DNA of 64,000 nt from contig MFOC01000007.1 of the NCBI GenBank assembly GCA_001782235.1, forward strand, positions 86,799-150,798, given 5' to 3'. Position numbers and translations under genes: made by a program. This DNA comes from Candidatus Levybacteria bacterium RIFCSPHIGHO2_02_FULL_40_18. GTDB taxonomy: Bacteria; Patescibacteriota; Microgenomatia; Levybacterales; GWA1-39-11. Every line of letters begins with the position of its first letter. Position 1 is the stretch's first letter. The notes beneath the pieces were generated by a model. It had not been told where the DNA came from. It saw only the letters and a list, made by a program, of their open reading frames with translations, and did not search any database. This document shows positions 45,674-54,371 of this stretch, piece by piece.

Positions 45674-45856
45674 GTTAGCAATTAGCAATTAGTTTCAAAT
45701 AAGAGTATATATTTGGTAATCGCCGTGAAAGTCGGCGGAACTGCCGGTACTGTAATATCCAGAAAACAATATATACTTTCATCCCCGAGCAGGGTTAAGC
45801 GAAGAAGAATTCCTCTCGGGTTATCGAGAGGTTTTTTTGTGAGCAATAGTTGAACT
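45674..45856 (+). promoter_or_regulatory. Structured 5' leader upstream of the adenosyltransferase gene: hairpin CGCCGUGAAAGUCGGCG (45721-45737), then an intrinsic terminator immediately before the start codon
   Basis: Terminator stem CCUCUCG-GGUUAU-CGAGAGG followed by UUUUUUU. Architecture typical of a riboswitch or attenuator; class not identified. Confidence 0.4.
45812..45839 (+). terminator. Rho-independent terminator (7-bp GC-rich stem plus T7) about 18 nt upstream of the adenosyltransferase start codon
   Basis: cctctcgggttatcgagaggttttttt read directly. Confidence 0.6.
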
Positions 45857-46408
45857 ATGCCTATATATACAAAGACAGGGGATCGCGGAAAAACATCGCT
45901 CTTTTCAGGAAAAAGAGTCTGGAAGCATGATCTCCGTGTCGAAGCATACGGAACCGTTGACGAGCTAAATACTATTTTGGGGCTAGCGCTTGCAGCGCTT
46001 CCTCACAAGAAAAATAAACAAATAGCATATCTTCGTGACTTAATTTTAGAGGTCCAAAAATCCCTTTTTTACATTGGTTCTTATTTTGCCGACCTTCCTG
46101 ACACTCTCGAAGAGATAGATTTGATAGGTAAAACTAATCGGTTCGAAAAAGAAATCGATCTAATGACGAACAAGATGCCAAAGCTTGCGAACTTTATTTT
46201 TCTTGATGGCGGATTGGCCGGGAGTTTTCTCCAGAATGCCCGGGCAATTGCCAGACGGGCAGAAAGGCAAATTGTGAAACTTTCTAAAAAAGAGAAGATA
46301 GATGTGAGACTACTTAAATATATAAACAGGCTCTCCGATTTGTTTTTCACTATGGCGCGTTACGCAAATCATATTGAAGGGAAAAAAGAAAGGATTTGGG
46401 AAAGATAA
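45857..46408 (+). CDS. ATP:cob(I)alamin adenosyltransferase, PduO/MMAB type
   Basis: MPIYTKTGDRGKTSLFSGKRVWKHDLRVEAYGTVDELNTILG N-terminal signature. Confidence 0.8.
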   Translation: MPIYTKTGDRGKTSLFSGKRVWKHDLRVEAYGTVDELNTILGLALAALPHKKNKQIAYLRDLILEVQKSLFYIGSYFADLPDTLEEIDLIGKTNRFEKEIDLMTNKMPKLANFIFLDGGLAGSFLQNARAIARRAERQIVKLSKKEKIDVRLLKYINRLSDLFFTMARYANHIEGKKERIWER

Positions 46409-46409
46409 T

Positions 46410-47471
46410 ATGCCAGCAGTTGCCGAAAGAGAAAGGTACGAAATAGTTGGATCTAATGCTTTTAATTTAGAGTACCAAGAAGGTTTACATTCAGAGTCCT
46501 CGATTAAAGAAGATATAATTTCATACTTAGGTGAATATCGTTTTGAAATTCCTAAATACGAATATAGCTTGTTTTTCTCAAGGAATCATAGTGGGACTTC
46601 AATCTTCACCTCTGATGGCGAGACGATGCTTGAAAAATCTCGCAGGGCAATAGCAAAGAAAAAATTACGGCAAGACCCAACGCATCGGGAAGAAAACGAA
46701 ACATTAGGATTAGTAAACCTTGAGAGTCAATTAAAACAGGCAAAAGAAGGCGATACTATTTTCTGGGGGAGTCCGCCTGGGCCAGAAGATGAGGGATATG
46801 GAAACTATGGATTTATTTATAAAGGAAGAATACAGAGTGGGAAAATTCTGATGGCGGCATTGAGAGTCGATAATCCAACAATAGAACAATATAATCGGGC
46901 AATGACCACTTTGACCGGAGCAAGATTTGATCTTCAACATGCCGATGATTTTTTAAGATCCCCGCGCGTTGTAAATAGAGAAGTCTCTGATTCATATATA
47001 GAGCACGTTCTAAAGCAAGGGTTCTCTTATTCTCCAAATCCTGAAAAACAGAAGGATTTTGAGGGGGCCATAAGAATACTTGGGCCTCTTATTGATCGTA
47101 CTATTTTTGCAATACAAAATGGAACCCGCGAAGAAAAACAAAGAACTTTTTATGCTCTTGAAAATTCTGCAATAGAGCTTTGCAACAGTGGTCATGGAAC
47201 TCTTCTTCGCGGGGGATTAGATTATATTATTTTAACACGCAGTTTCGAGCCACCAGTAGCCCGGGGTAGCTGCGGTTCAACCGCAAGTAACATGCTCTTT
47301 TCAGGAGAATCGAGTATAAACGGTATATTAATGCCTGATAAATATGGAGATCGCGAGTTTGAATGTCCTAATTGTCACCAGATAAATGTTCGTCCTATGG
47401 ATCAGCTTCTTGAAAAGTGCCAGCATTGTGGGAGCAGCGCAGTTAGCTGTGAGAGCGATGAATCTTCTTGA
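46410..47471 (+). CDS. Hypothetical protein with a C-terminal zinc ribbon
   Basis: CPNCHQINV...CQHCGSS Cys4 motif. Start chosen at the ATG directly after the preceding stop. Confidence 0.45.
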   Translation: MPAVAERERYEIVGSNAFNLEYQEGLHSESSIKEDIISYLGEYRFEIPKYEYSLFFSRNHSGTSIFTSDGETMLEKSRRAIAKKKLRQDPTHREENETLGLVNLESQLKQAKEGDTIFWGSPPGPEDEGYGNYGFIYKGRIQSGKILMAALRVDNPTIEQYNRAMTTLTGARFDLQHADDFLRSPRVVNREVSDSYIEHVLKQGFSYSPNPEKQKDFEGAIRILGPLIDRTIFAIQNGTREEKQRTFYALENSAIELCNSGHGTLLRGGLDYIILTRSFEPPVARGSCGSTASNMLFSGESSINGILMPDKYGDREFECPNCHQINVRPMDQLLEKCQHCGSSAVSCESDESS

Positions 47472-48141
47472 TATTCTTTTTCCTAAGAAATGTATAAATT
47501 GTAAAAAATTTGGGGATTTTTTGTGTGCGGACTGTTTTGCCAAGATTAAATACAATGAATCATTTGAGCCAGTTTCAGGCGAATTAGATGGTGTGATATC
47601 GGCAGTTATTTATAATTCGATAATTCGAAAGTTAATCCGCCAATTCAAGTATAAACCGTACGTCTCAAAGCTTGCAGAAATAATTTCCGAGATTATGAAT
47701 GAGGGACTAGCACAAAATGAAGCTTTTTATAATTTCATCGAACAATTCGAGTCGGTTATTATCCCGATTCCATTAAGCCCAAGGCGCCTGCGCGAGCGCG
47801 GGTATAATCATGCGGAAATCCTAGCATCTTTTGTCGCAAAGTATTTCGATTTAAAAATAGAGCCTAAGATTTTAGTTCGCATTAAAGAAACAAAACCTCA
47901 GTTTAGATTAAATAAAGAGGAACGGAAGAAAAACGTCGAAGATGCGTTCTCGGTTCGCAAAGATCCTAAAACCCCCCTTCTGGGCCAGAGGCCCACCGGT
48001 CCGGCGGCAAACATCCCTAAAGCCGTAGTAATCATAGACGATCTTGCAACAAGTCTTGCGACTCTCAAAGAAGCCGCAAAAGTATTAAAAAGCGCAGGGG
48101 CAAAAAAAGTCCTCGGTGTCACCTTCGCGAGAGAGGTTTAA
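47457..48141 (+). CDS. ComF-family protein (phosphoribosyltransferase-like competence protein)
   Basis: N-terminal zinc finger CINCKKFGDFLCADC; C-terminal PRTase motif VVIIDDLATSLATL. Confidence 0.7.
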
Positions 48142-48461
48142 AGCATCGATAATGTCCTTTTTAAAGCTTCTTTAAATTGTCTTCTTCCAAAGCCGCTTTT
48201 GAGAAATTCTTCGCGGGCTTTAGCATCCTCTTCATTTATAAAATATTCGTAATAAATGAGCTTTACAGGTAGCCTGAATTTTGTAGCTTTAATTTCTCCT
48301 CTTGCATGTTTTGTTAATCTATTCTTTAGACTTGTCGTAAAGCCAATATATAAACCTTTATCTTTAAGGCTATGGAGGATATATACGTAGTATCTTTTTG
48401 AAACGTCAAACGTTTCTGACATAAAAATATATCTTTTGAGTGTCGCGTCCAACGCGATCAC
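48138..48461 (-). CDS. GIY-YIG nuclease family protein (UPF0213-like). The probable start is the internal Met near 48422.
   Basis: YYVYILHSLKDKGLYIGFTTSLKNRLTKH is the GIY-YIG signature. Confidence 0.7.
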   Translation of the reverse strand: MIALDATLKRYIFMSETFDVSKRYYVYILHSLKDKGLYIGFTTSLKNRLTKHARGEIKATKFRLPVKLIYYEYFINEEDAKAREEFLKSGFGRRQFKEALKRTLSML

Positions 48462-48499
48462 CTTACAAACGCTGCTTCGTGCGAAGCCGCGTTTGACGC

Positions 48500-48854
48500 G
48501 GTGGAGATGGGGGGCTTTGAGCCCCCGTCCAAAAAAGCATCTATAAAAACATCTACAAGCTTATTCAATTATTTATTGTCATCATGCAAACTCCAATTGA
48601 AAGGATTGAACATGACTAAGATTTAAATTGTTCGAACAAAATCTAAATCGGAACTTTGTCTATATCCAAACTTTGTTTATGCCCATATCTGATCGTTTGG
48701 AAAAATCTAGATATGAACACCAGTTTAAGCTACTGCGTAGCTGTAGGCCGGACTAACATTTCTGTTAGCATTTATTTTTGATACATTTTTACGATTAGTA
48801 TCATTATCGGCTTGCAGTTTTTAAAGAGCAATTCTGTCGATGCAATGCATCCCC
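48500..48854 (-). ncRNA. ssrA: tmRNA (ssrA), about 355 nt, CCA not fully encoded
   Basis: Acceptor stem GGGGAUG pairs with CAUCUCC. tRNA-like T-arm GGGGG-CUCAAAG-CCCCC at the 3' end. Internal tag ORF GCU AAC AGA AAU GUU AGU CCG GCC UAC AGC UAC GCA GUA GCU UAA gives ANRNVSPAYSYAVA then stop. Located immediately downstream of smpB. Confidence 0.65.
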
Positions 48855-48874
48855 AATGAGGCTATTATAGCACA

Positions 48875-49315
48875 CTAGAGGATGGTTTTCAACTCGCGCT
48901 CCTGTTCGCGCTCGATGGCCTCTCGACGCTTGTCGCGGCGCTTCTCGCGCTTGTTTTTGCTCTCAACTAAGGCCAGTTCAAGCTTAAAATTGCCGTCCTT
49001 AAGATATATTGACAAAGGAACAATCGTGAATTTTCCCTGGTCGAGCTTTGATTTTAAGGCCAGAATTTCCTTTTTGTGAAGCAAAAGTTTTCGTGTTCGG
49101 TCTTCTTGATAACCTTCAATCCGAGAAAATTCATAAGGGAAAATTTTTGCATTGATTAAGTTTGCTTCGCTTCCTGAAATTCGAACATAAGCCCCAGTGA
49201 TGTCGGCATGGCTAGCGCGAAGTGCTTTTACTTCGCTCCCGAGCAAAACAATCCCAGCCTCAATCTTTTCAAGAGGTTTATATGATTTTATAAAACGATT
49301 AACAATTCTCATCAA
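48875..49315 (-). CDS. smpB: SsrA-binding protein SmpB
   Basis: NRFIKSYKPLEKIEAGIVLLGSEVKALR...LLLHKKEILAL pattern; basic C-terminal tail. Confidence 0.9.
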   Translation of the reverse strand: MMRIVNRFIKSYKPLEKIEAGIVLLGSEVKALRASHADITGAYVRISGSEANLINAKIFPYEFSRIEGYQEDRTRKLLLHKKEILALKSKLDQGKFTIVPLSIYLKDGNFKLELALVESKNKREKRRDKRREAIEREQERELKTIL

Positions 49316-49525
49316 TCCATTATATCATCGGGTCCTGCCGCTTCGTGATTTTCGCACGTTGAAAGTGACGCTCAGCTTCCTTTAGTTGAAATATTCCATA
49401 TCGTTATCTCGTTCTTCGCTATGTGAACGCAAGTATATGTAAGTTTTATGTAGTTCGAAAATATATTTAAACTTGCATTCGAATCACTTTCAAGTGAAAA
49501 ATCACTTCGCGTCACCCAATGGAGT

Positions 49526-51295
49526 TTATAAATCGAAGGAGTAAAGCTTGTTTCCGGTCACGACGTAGGCTGTTTCGCTCTCCTCATCAATTGCAAGAGA
49601 GGAGGCTTTCGACAGATCTTTCCATGAATACTGATTTTTGAGTTCGCCAGTCTTTGAAATAGAAATAATTCTTGCGTTTGTGCGATCCAGAATATAAATA
49701 TTGTCATAATCAACGTCTGTAAAGATCAGCGAATCGGACGATAGATTTTTTGCCAGGCCCGAAATTGTAAACGTGTCTTCCTTTCCTCTTGTGAACTTTC
49801 TTACCTTGCCGCCATCGATAATCCAAATAGAAGCATCAATACTCATGCTTGCGGGATTGCTAAGCGTTATGTCTTCGGTAAAATAATCCGATCTTGCAAA
49901 AGAGGACCCGGAATATTTATCTACAGTTTTGTTAGATGTGCTAAGCCCATACAGGCTTGATCCAAATGTATCAAGGGCAACTGTTGTATCAGGATCTTCT
50001 ACAATTGTTTGAGTTTGTCCCGAGCTTTTTGTTGTTCTTGTAATGCCTTCTGTCCCAAGCAAAAATACAGAATCTTTATTGGCGGCAATTGCCTTAACAT
50101 CTTTATTCTCAGAGTCGATTTCTTTCTCCGATTCCCCATCTTTTGAAAGAAGAGCAATTTTGCCATCTTCGCGAGTTGCAACAAGAGCGCCATCGCGAAC
50201 TATTACCAAATCAACATTTTCAAAAACTACTTTCTGATTAGCAATTGTTGCGCCCGCTCCTAGTTCGCCTATTTTACTTTCTACCTTTCCTATAAACTCA
50301 TCAAGTTTCTTTCTCTCAGAAGTGTTGGACGCAAATTTGTCCCGCGATTCTTCTAGAGTGGTTTTTAATGTGTCAAATTCTTCAAGCGCAAGCCCTTTAT
50401 TTAAACTGATTAGAGCCTCTGCTTCGTCAAATTTTTCTTGCGCGGGTGTCAAAATCTCGGCTAGAAGCTCTCGCCGGCTTGCACTTTCTTGCCTTTGTCT
50501 TTCAAACAAAACGCTTACTATCAACAACAAGCTTAGGAGAATTATTCCCAGTATTATTAATCTTTTTTTACCCACATTGAAAAGATCCAAGCTTATTGTT
50601 GGAATTTTGATTTGGGGAAGCCTGATTTTCCCGCCTTCGCGTTCATGTCCAAGTTCTTCAATGGATTCGTCTTCTTGCGGCGCAGGACCCTGCGTTTCGC
50701 GAGAGGCAGGTTCCTCAATGCCTTTGTACGTAAGAACAATTGCCGCTTCTGACCCTTCCGATTTTTCATGAATTAGGGGGGCCAGGTGTTCTGAGATTTC
50801 CGAGACTTCCCGGTCATCCAAAATACCTGATAATTTGTTAAGAGGGACCTTTTTTGAAAATCCTCCTGTCTCAAGCACAACAATATCATCAGATTTTATA
50901 TTCCCAGAGTAGGCTACAATATTGTCCGCATCACCCCTTGCGATCACGCCAATTTTCCCGTCTCTTTTAAGAATTATCTCTCCCTCGTTTGCAATAACAA
51001 GATAAAGAACATTATCCTTCACTGTTGCAAGGACAATAGAGATAGAATTTTTGTTAATACCTTCAAGTGATTTGTCTAATGCCCCTTTTATATTTGTGAT
51101 GTTTTTGTCATCAAGCGAGAAATATTCTCGCTGAATTTTTTCAAGCAATTCTTTACCTGACGTTACTATGCCAGCCTCGGCATCTTCGGACCTTATGGAA
51201 AGAACTATGTAGAGATTTAAGGTGGAATAAGCCTGAGCCCATGTTGTATCAGTAGGATTTGCAACGACTTTTGATAAGAGAATATTTTGATCCAT
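49526..51295 (-). CDS. Hypothetical single-pass membrane protein: cytoplasmic N-terminal domain, TM, large extracellular Ser/Thr-rich C-terminal domain
   Basis: TM helix RLIILGIILLSLLLIVSVLF; no confident domain. Confidence 0.45.
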   Translation of the reverse strand: MDQNILLSKVVANPTDTTWAQAYSTLNLYIVLSIRSEDAEAGIVTSGKELLEKIQREYFSLDDKNITNIKGALDKSLEGINKNSISIVLATVKDNVLYLVIANEGEIILKRDGKIGVIARGDADNIVAYSGNIKSDDIVVLETGGFSKKVPLNKLSGILDDREVSEISEHLAPLIHEKSEGSEAAIVLTYKGIEEPASRETQGPAPQEDESIEELGHEREGGKIRLPQIKIPTISLDLFNVGKKRLIILGIILLSLLLIVSVLFERQRQESASRRELLAEILTPAQEKFDEAEALISLNKGLALEEFDTLKTTLEESRDKFASNTSERKKLDEFIGKVESKIGELGAGATIANQKVVFENVDLVIVRDGALVATREDGKIALLSKDGESEKEIDSENKDVKAIAANKDSVFLLGTEGITRTTKSSGQTQTIVEDPDTTVALDTFGSSLYGLSTSNKTVDKYSGSSFARSDYFTEDITLSNPASMSIDASIWIIDGGKVRKFTRGKEDTFTISGLAKNLSSDSLIFTDVDYDNIYILDRTNARIISISKTGELKNQYSWKDLSKASSLAIDEESETAYVVTGNKLYSFDL

Positions 51296-51298
51296 GCT

Positions 51299-51535
51299 CT
51301 ATAAGAATAGCACCGCAAAGAATAATAACGCAACTGTTGCCAGAAGATGTACGAGCGTAAAAACAATAAAGATGGGTGAGAATGTTATTTGATTTATAAT
51401 TCTGTTTAAATTCCTAATCTGTAAAAAAAGAATTAGTGCAAAAAGGCCGTATATAGAGATCAATATAATCAGAATGATTCTGAAAAGAGCATCCTGATTG
51501 GAAAAGATCTTAAGAAAAAAATTAAATATTTCCAT
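51299..51535 (-). CDS. Small two-TM membrane protein downstream of the bPH_2 gene
   Basis: ORF only; paired arrangement mirrored at 58923-59938. Confidence 0.3.
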   Translation of the reverse strand: MEIFNFFLKIFSNQDALFRIILIILISIYGLFALILFLQIRNLNRIINQITFSPIFIVFTLVHLLATVALLFFAVLFL

Positions 51536-51581
51536 AAATTAGAGATCCCGATTTTCATCGGGGTGATCTCATTTCGCCCGG

Positions 51582-52217
51582 TTACTTTAGTGGCTTTCTT
51601 CCTATCATCTCGGCAATAATTTGAACAATTCTGGCCGGTTCCGGCGCGCGGTCAAACTCAAAGTTTGCTTGAGTCGCCGCGGTTTGTACTAACACGTCCC
51701 CATAATTAAATACTGATCTTACAGCTCCGACTTGTGAGTAAGAAACGTCCTCGATAAGATTAATTTTTGTTTCACTGGCGTGCTTAAAAAGAATACCTGA
51801 AACATCAAGATCAATGATTCTTTTGTTAGTTACAAGACCTACATTAAAATACCAAATAGTAAACTCAACCAAAATGAATCCGGCCACAACAAGATAATAA
51901 AAAAGGACCGAAACTACTTGAGTTTGTATGGCAATCTGGAAAAAGGGAGAAAACAAATCGTTGAAAAGAAAAAGGAGCGGAGGAATAAAGATTAATATCA
52001 GAGCGGTAAGAATCCAAGGGACATTGGTTATGAGATCTCGTCTTACGAGAAGCATTATTTCTTCATCTCCCTCCTGATTTTCAAACACTACATTATCGGG
52101 ATTGATTCCAAGCGAGGAATAAAAGTGGACGGATTTTTTGTGGGAAGGTTCTGGTGTACCTTGCGGTATCCGTTCTGAAATAACGAATTCACCACTAAGA
52201 CCATTTTCCCCTGGCAT
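51582..52217 (-). CDS. Bacterial PH-domain (bPH_2/YdbS-like) membrane protein
   Basis: Two TM helices, then GLVTNKRIIDLDVSGILFKHASETKINLIEDVSYSQ...NYGDVLV. Confidence 0.6.
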   Translation of the reverse strand: MPGENGLSGEFVISERIPQGTPEPSHKKSVHFYSSLGINPDNVVFENQEGDEEIMLLVRRDLITNVPWILTALILIFIPPLLFLFNDLFSPFFQIAIQTQVVSVLFYYLVVAGFILVEFTIWYFNVGLVTNKRIIDLDVSGILFKHASETKINLIEDVSYSQVGAVRSVFNYGDVLVQTAATQANFEFDRAPEPARIVQIIAEMIGRKPLK

Positions 52218-52224
52218 AATGAGA

Positions 52225-52325
52225 TTATTATATCAGAAATAGAATAGCTAAATGGCTATAATGGTTAAAATAGTTCTGGCTCGAAAAACTATTCTAGCTT
52301 ATTCTAACTATTCAACTATTTGATC
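52225..52325 (-). repeat. Variant word-repeat palindromic leader, copy H, 5' of the bPH_2 gene
   Basis: GAAATAGAATAGCTAAATGGCTATAATGG...CTATTCTAGCTTATTCTAACTATTC. Confidence 0.4.
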
Positions 52326-52328
52326 TTT

Positions 52329-54053
52329 TTATTGGCGTTCTACATTGAATAGTGGACCGACGATTTGAATATTTGCCGGGGCTCTGAGATTAAACCAGTT
52401 TTTAAATTCATCACCTGAAAAACTTTGTGATCCGCCGTCCCCCAAGATACCTACAGAAGTTGTTCGGCCAGCCGAAAAATCTGCTCCAATAGAAACGTCT
52501 GAGATATTTGAAAAAGGAGTTACTCCTCGATTTGAGAGCTCTTGCCGAACGCGAGCTTCATCCCATGTATCGGTACCCGCAGGATTTGGCTTATCAGTTT
52601 GATAAAGATGCTCTCCAGCGGATGAGTCAGCTTTTGCAAGCAAGATCACATTCATAATGTCTGCTACTTCAGAAGATTTAAGCCAGGCGGTTTTATTATA
52701 CTCTGATCGAGACCCCCAATCGCAATAAAACCACGGAGATTCGCGATCATAGGCATTTGAAAAAAGATCAGAGAATCCCGAGGCCGCGCCTGTTGTTGTA
52801 TCTATTGCATGTTTTGTCCAAGAGGTCGCGCTCCAGCCTGGAAGTTCTGACGTCGATAAAATATATCCGCCGTGAGTTGAAGAGTACCAAGCCTTAATTG
52901 GCGATCCGCCCTGAACCATGACCCAGCCGCGCGTGCTGTTCACTGCCTCTTCCCATGCGCCGCCTTTAGGTTCGGGTTTAAAGACCTGACAGGATTGAGT
53001 GGTGCAAATAGATCCCGCTCCATTGTTTGTATAAGAAAGAGCATAGGAGCGAGCGGCCACAGCCTGAGCTTTTAAGGCTTCCATTGCAAATGATGAAGGC
53101 ATTTCATAAATTCTTTTTACGTACTCCTCGATATTATAAGAGCCGTATCCCTCAACATTAATATTTATATCTTGGGAGTAATCTTTTTTCAGTTCGTAAT
53201 TTACATAATATGCTTCAAGGATTTGTTCTGCAGACTGTCCGGCGCGGGCTCTTCCGTCCGCTCCATATTGATTAAGACCGGTTCTGTTTGGGACGCCGTA
53301 GGTGAAGAAGGCGATTCTGGGAGAAAATCCCGGATCGCGGGTTCTATCATCAACACAGGCAGGAGCCGCGGTCGCGGCAGATCTTGGAATGTTTAATGCG
53401 GCAAGCCTTTGACCTAAAATTTCTTTTTGGCGGGCAGATAACTTTGCAATTTCACTTGACAATGTTGCTTGATATGCTTTTGCGCCCTTTACAACTTTTT
53501 CGATTTCTCCCTTTTCCTGTGCAAGCCTTTCTTTAATGCTCGCAAATTTTATTTCTTCCTCTTCAAGTTTTGCTTTTCGCGTTTCAAGATCAACAATCTT
53601 TAATGCAATGGAGGTTATCGTTTCTTTATCGCGGTCAGCATCTCTTTTTTGATAAATAATGATTCGAGTCATTTCAGCAGCATCTGCCTGGGAAATAAAG
53701 ACGAGAAGAGGGGAGAGAAAATAGCTTTTTATGTAGTAGTCGCGGACGGTTTTATTAAAAATAATTTTACTCTCTTCAAGCTCTTGATAGCCTTGTTCAA
53801 TGAATTTCTTCTTTTCTGCCAAATCGCGCTCAATTGCGGCAACCTGATTTTCTATACCTGTAAGTTGTTTTTGCAAGCTATTAAGTTGTGATTCAAGGGG
53901 TGCCGTTGCTTTTTGAGAGGCAGAAAGCGCTGCCTGAAGTTCGGTCAGTTTTTTATTGATATCGTCAAGCTCATCAGAGAAAACTTGAGGAACAACAAAA
54001 AGTTTGAACGCGAACAAAATACCCACAAGGAGGAGCAAGAAAAATCTTCCCAT
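52329..54053 (-). CDS. SpoIID/LytB-domain protein with N-terminal TM and coiled coil (peptidoglycan remodelling)
   Basis: EEYVKRIYEMPSSFAMEALKAQAVAARSYAL matches the SpoIID signature. Confidence 0.7.
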   Translation of the reverse strand: MGRFFLLLLVGILFAFKLFVVPQVFSDELDDINKKLTELQAALSASQKATAPLESQLNSLQKQLTGIENQVAAIERDLAEKKKFIEQGYQELEESKIIFNKTVRDYYIKSYFLSPLLVFISQADAAEMTRIIIYQKRDADRDKETITSIALKIVDLETRKAKLEEEEIKFASIKERLAQEKGEIEKVVKGAKAYQATLSSEIAKLSARQKEILGQRLAALNIPRSAATAAPACVDDRTRDPGFSPRIAFFTYGVPNRTGLNQYGADGRARAGQSAEQILEAYYVNYELKKDYSQDININVEGYGSYNIEEYVKRIYEMPSSFAMEALKAQAVAARSYALSYTNNGAGSICTTQSCQVFKPEPKGGAWEEAVNSTRGWVMVQGGSPIKAWYSSTHGGYILSTSELPGWSATSWTKHAIDTTTGAASGFSDLFSNAYDRESPWFYCDWGSRSEYNKTAWLKSSEVADIMNVILLAKADSSAGEHLYQTDKPNPAGTDTWDEARVRQELSNRGVTPFSNISDVSIGADFSAGRTTSVGILGDGGSQSFSGDEFKNWFNLRAPANIQIVGPLFNVERQ

Positions 54054-54198
54054 CGGAAATTCTATTATAGCAGATGTTATAGGTGCGAGAGAATTATGGG
54101 TGCGCTTGGATTCGAACCCCGTACAAAACTTACTTGTTCCCGAGGCTTACAGCCTCGCGTCACAAGAGCGTTTCTACGGGGCAAGCCAAAGACATCTG

Positions 54199-54269
54199 TA
54201 GGCCCGGAAGGAGTCGGACCTTCGTGTCGACTTTATAAGAGTCGTGTCCTACCGTTGAACGACGGGCCT
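54199..54269 (-). tRNA. tRNA with anticodon UAU (formally Ile, decoding AUA), 71 nt, CCA not encoded. T-loop UCCGACU is non-canonical (C at position 55).
   Basis: Hand-folded cloverleaf with perfect stems. Acceptor AGGCCCG/CGGGCCU, D GUUC-AACGGUA-GGAC, anticodon CGACU-CUUAUAA-AGUCG, T GAAGG-UCCGACU-CCUUC. Confidence 0.55.
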
Positions 54270-54371
54270 AAAAATTTCTAAAACGCTTGCTTATTATACC
54301 AATACTGGGGTTAAACTTGAAGCCGACAAGTGGTTATACCTTAATACTTTATACTTGATACTGAATACTTA

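Noticed and set aside
45674-45856. Definite cobalamin riboswitch call
   Set aside because: Only partial resemblance (ACUGUAA, GC hairpin) and no clear B12 box. Kept as a finding with low confidence rather than an annotated riboswitch feature.
53913-54281. Plus-strand ORFs (122 aa and 65 aa) in the SpoIID-to-VirD4 intergenic region
   Set aside because: They overlap the hand-folded tRNA and tRNA-like sequence on the opposite strand. No coding signal.
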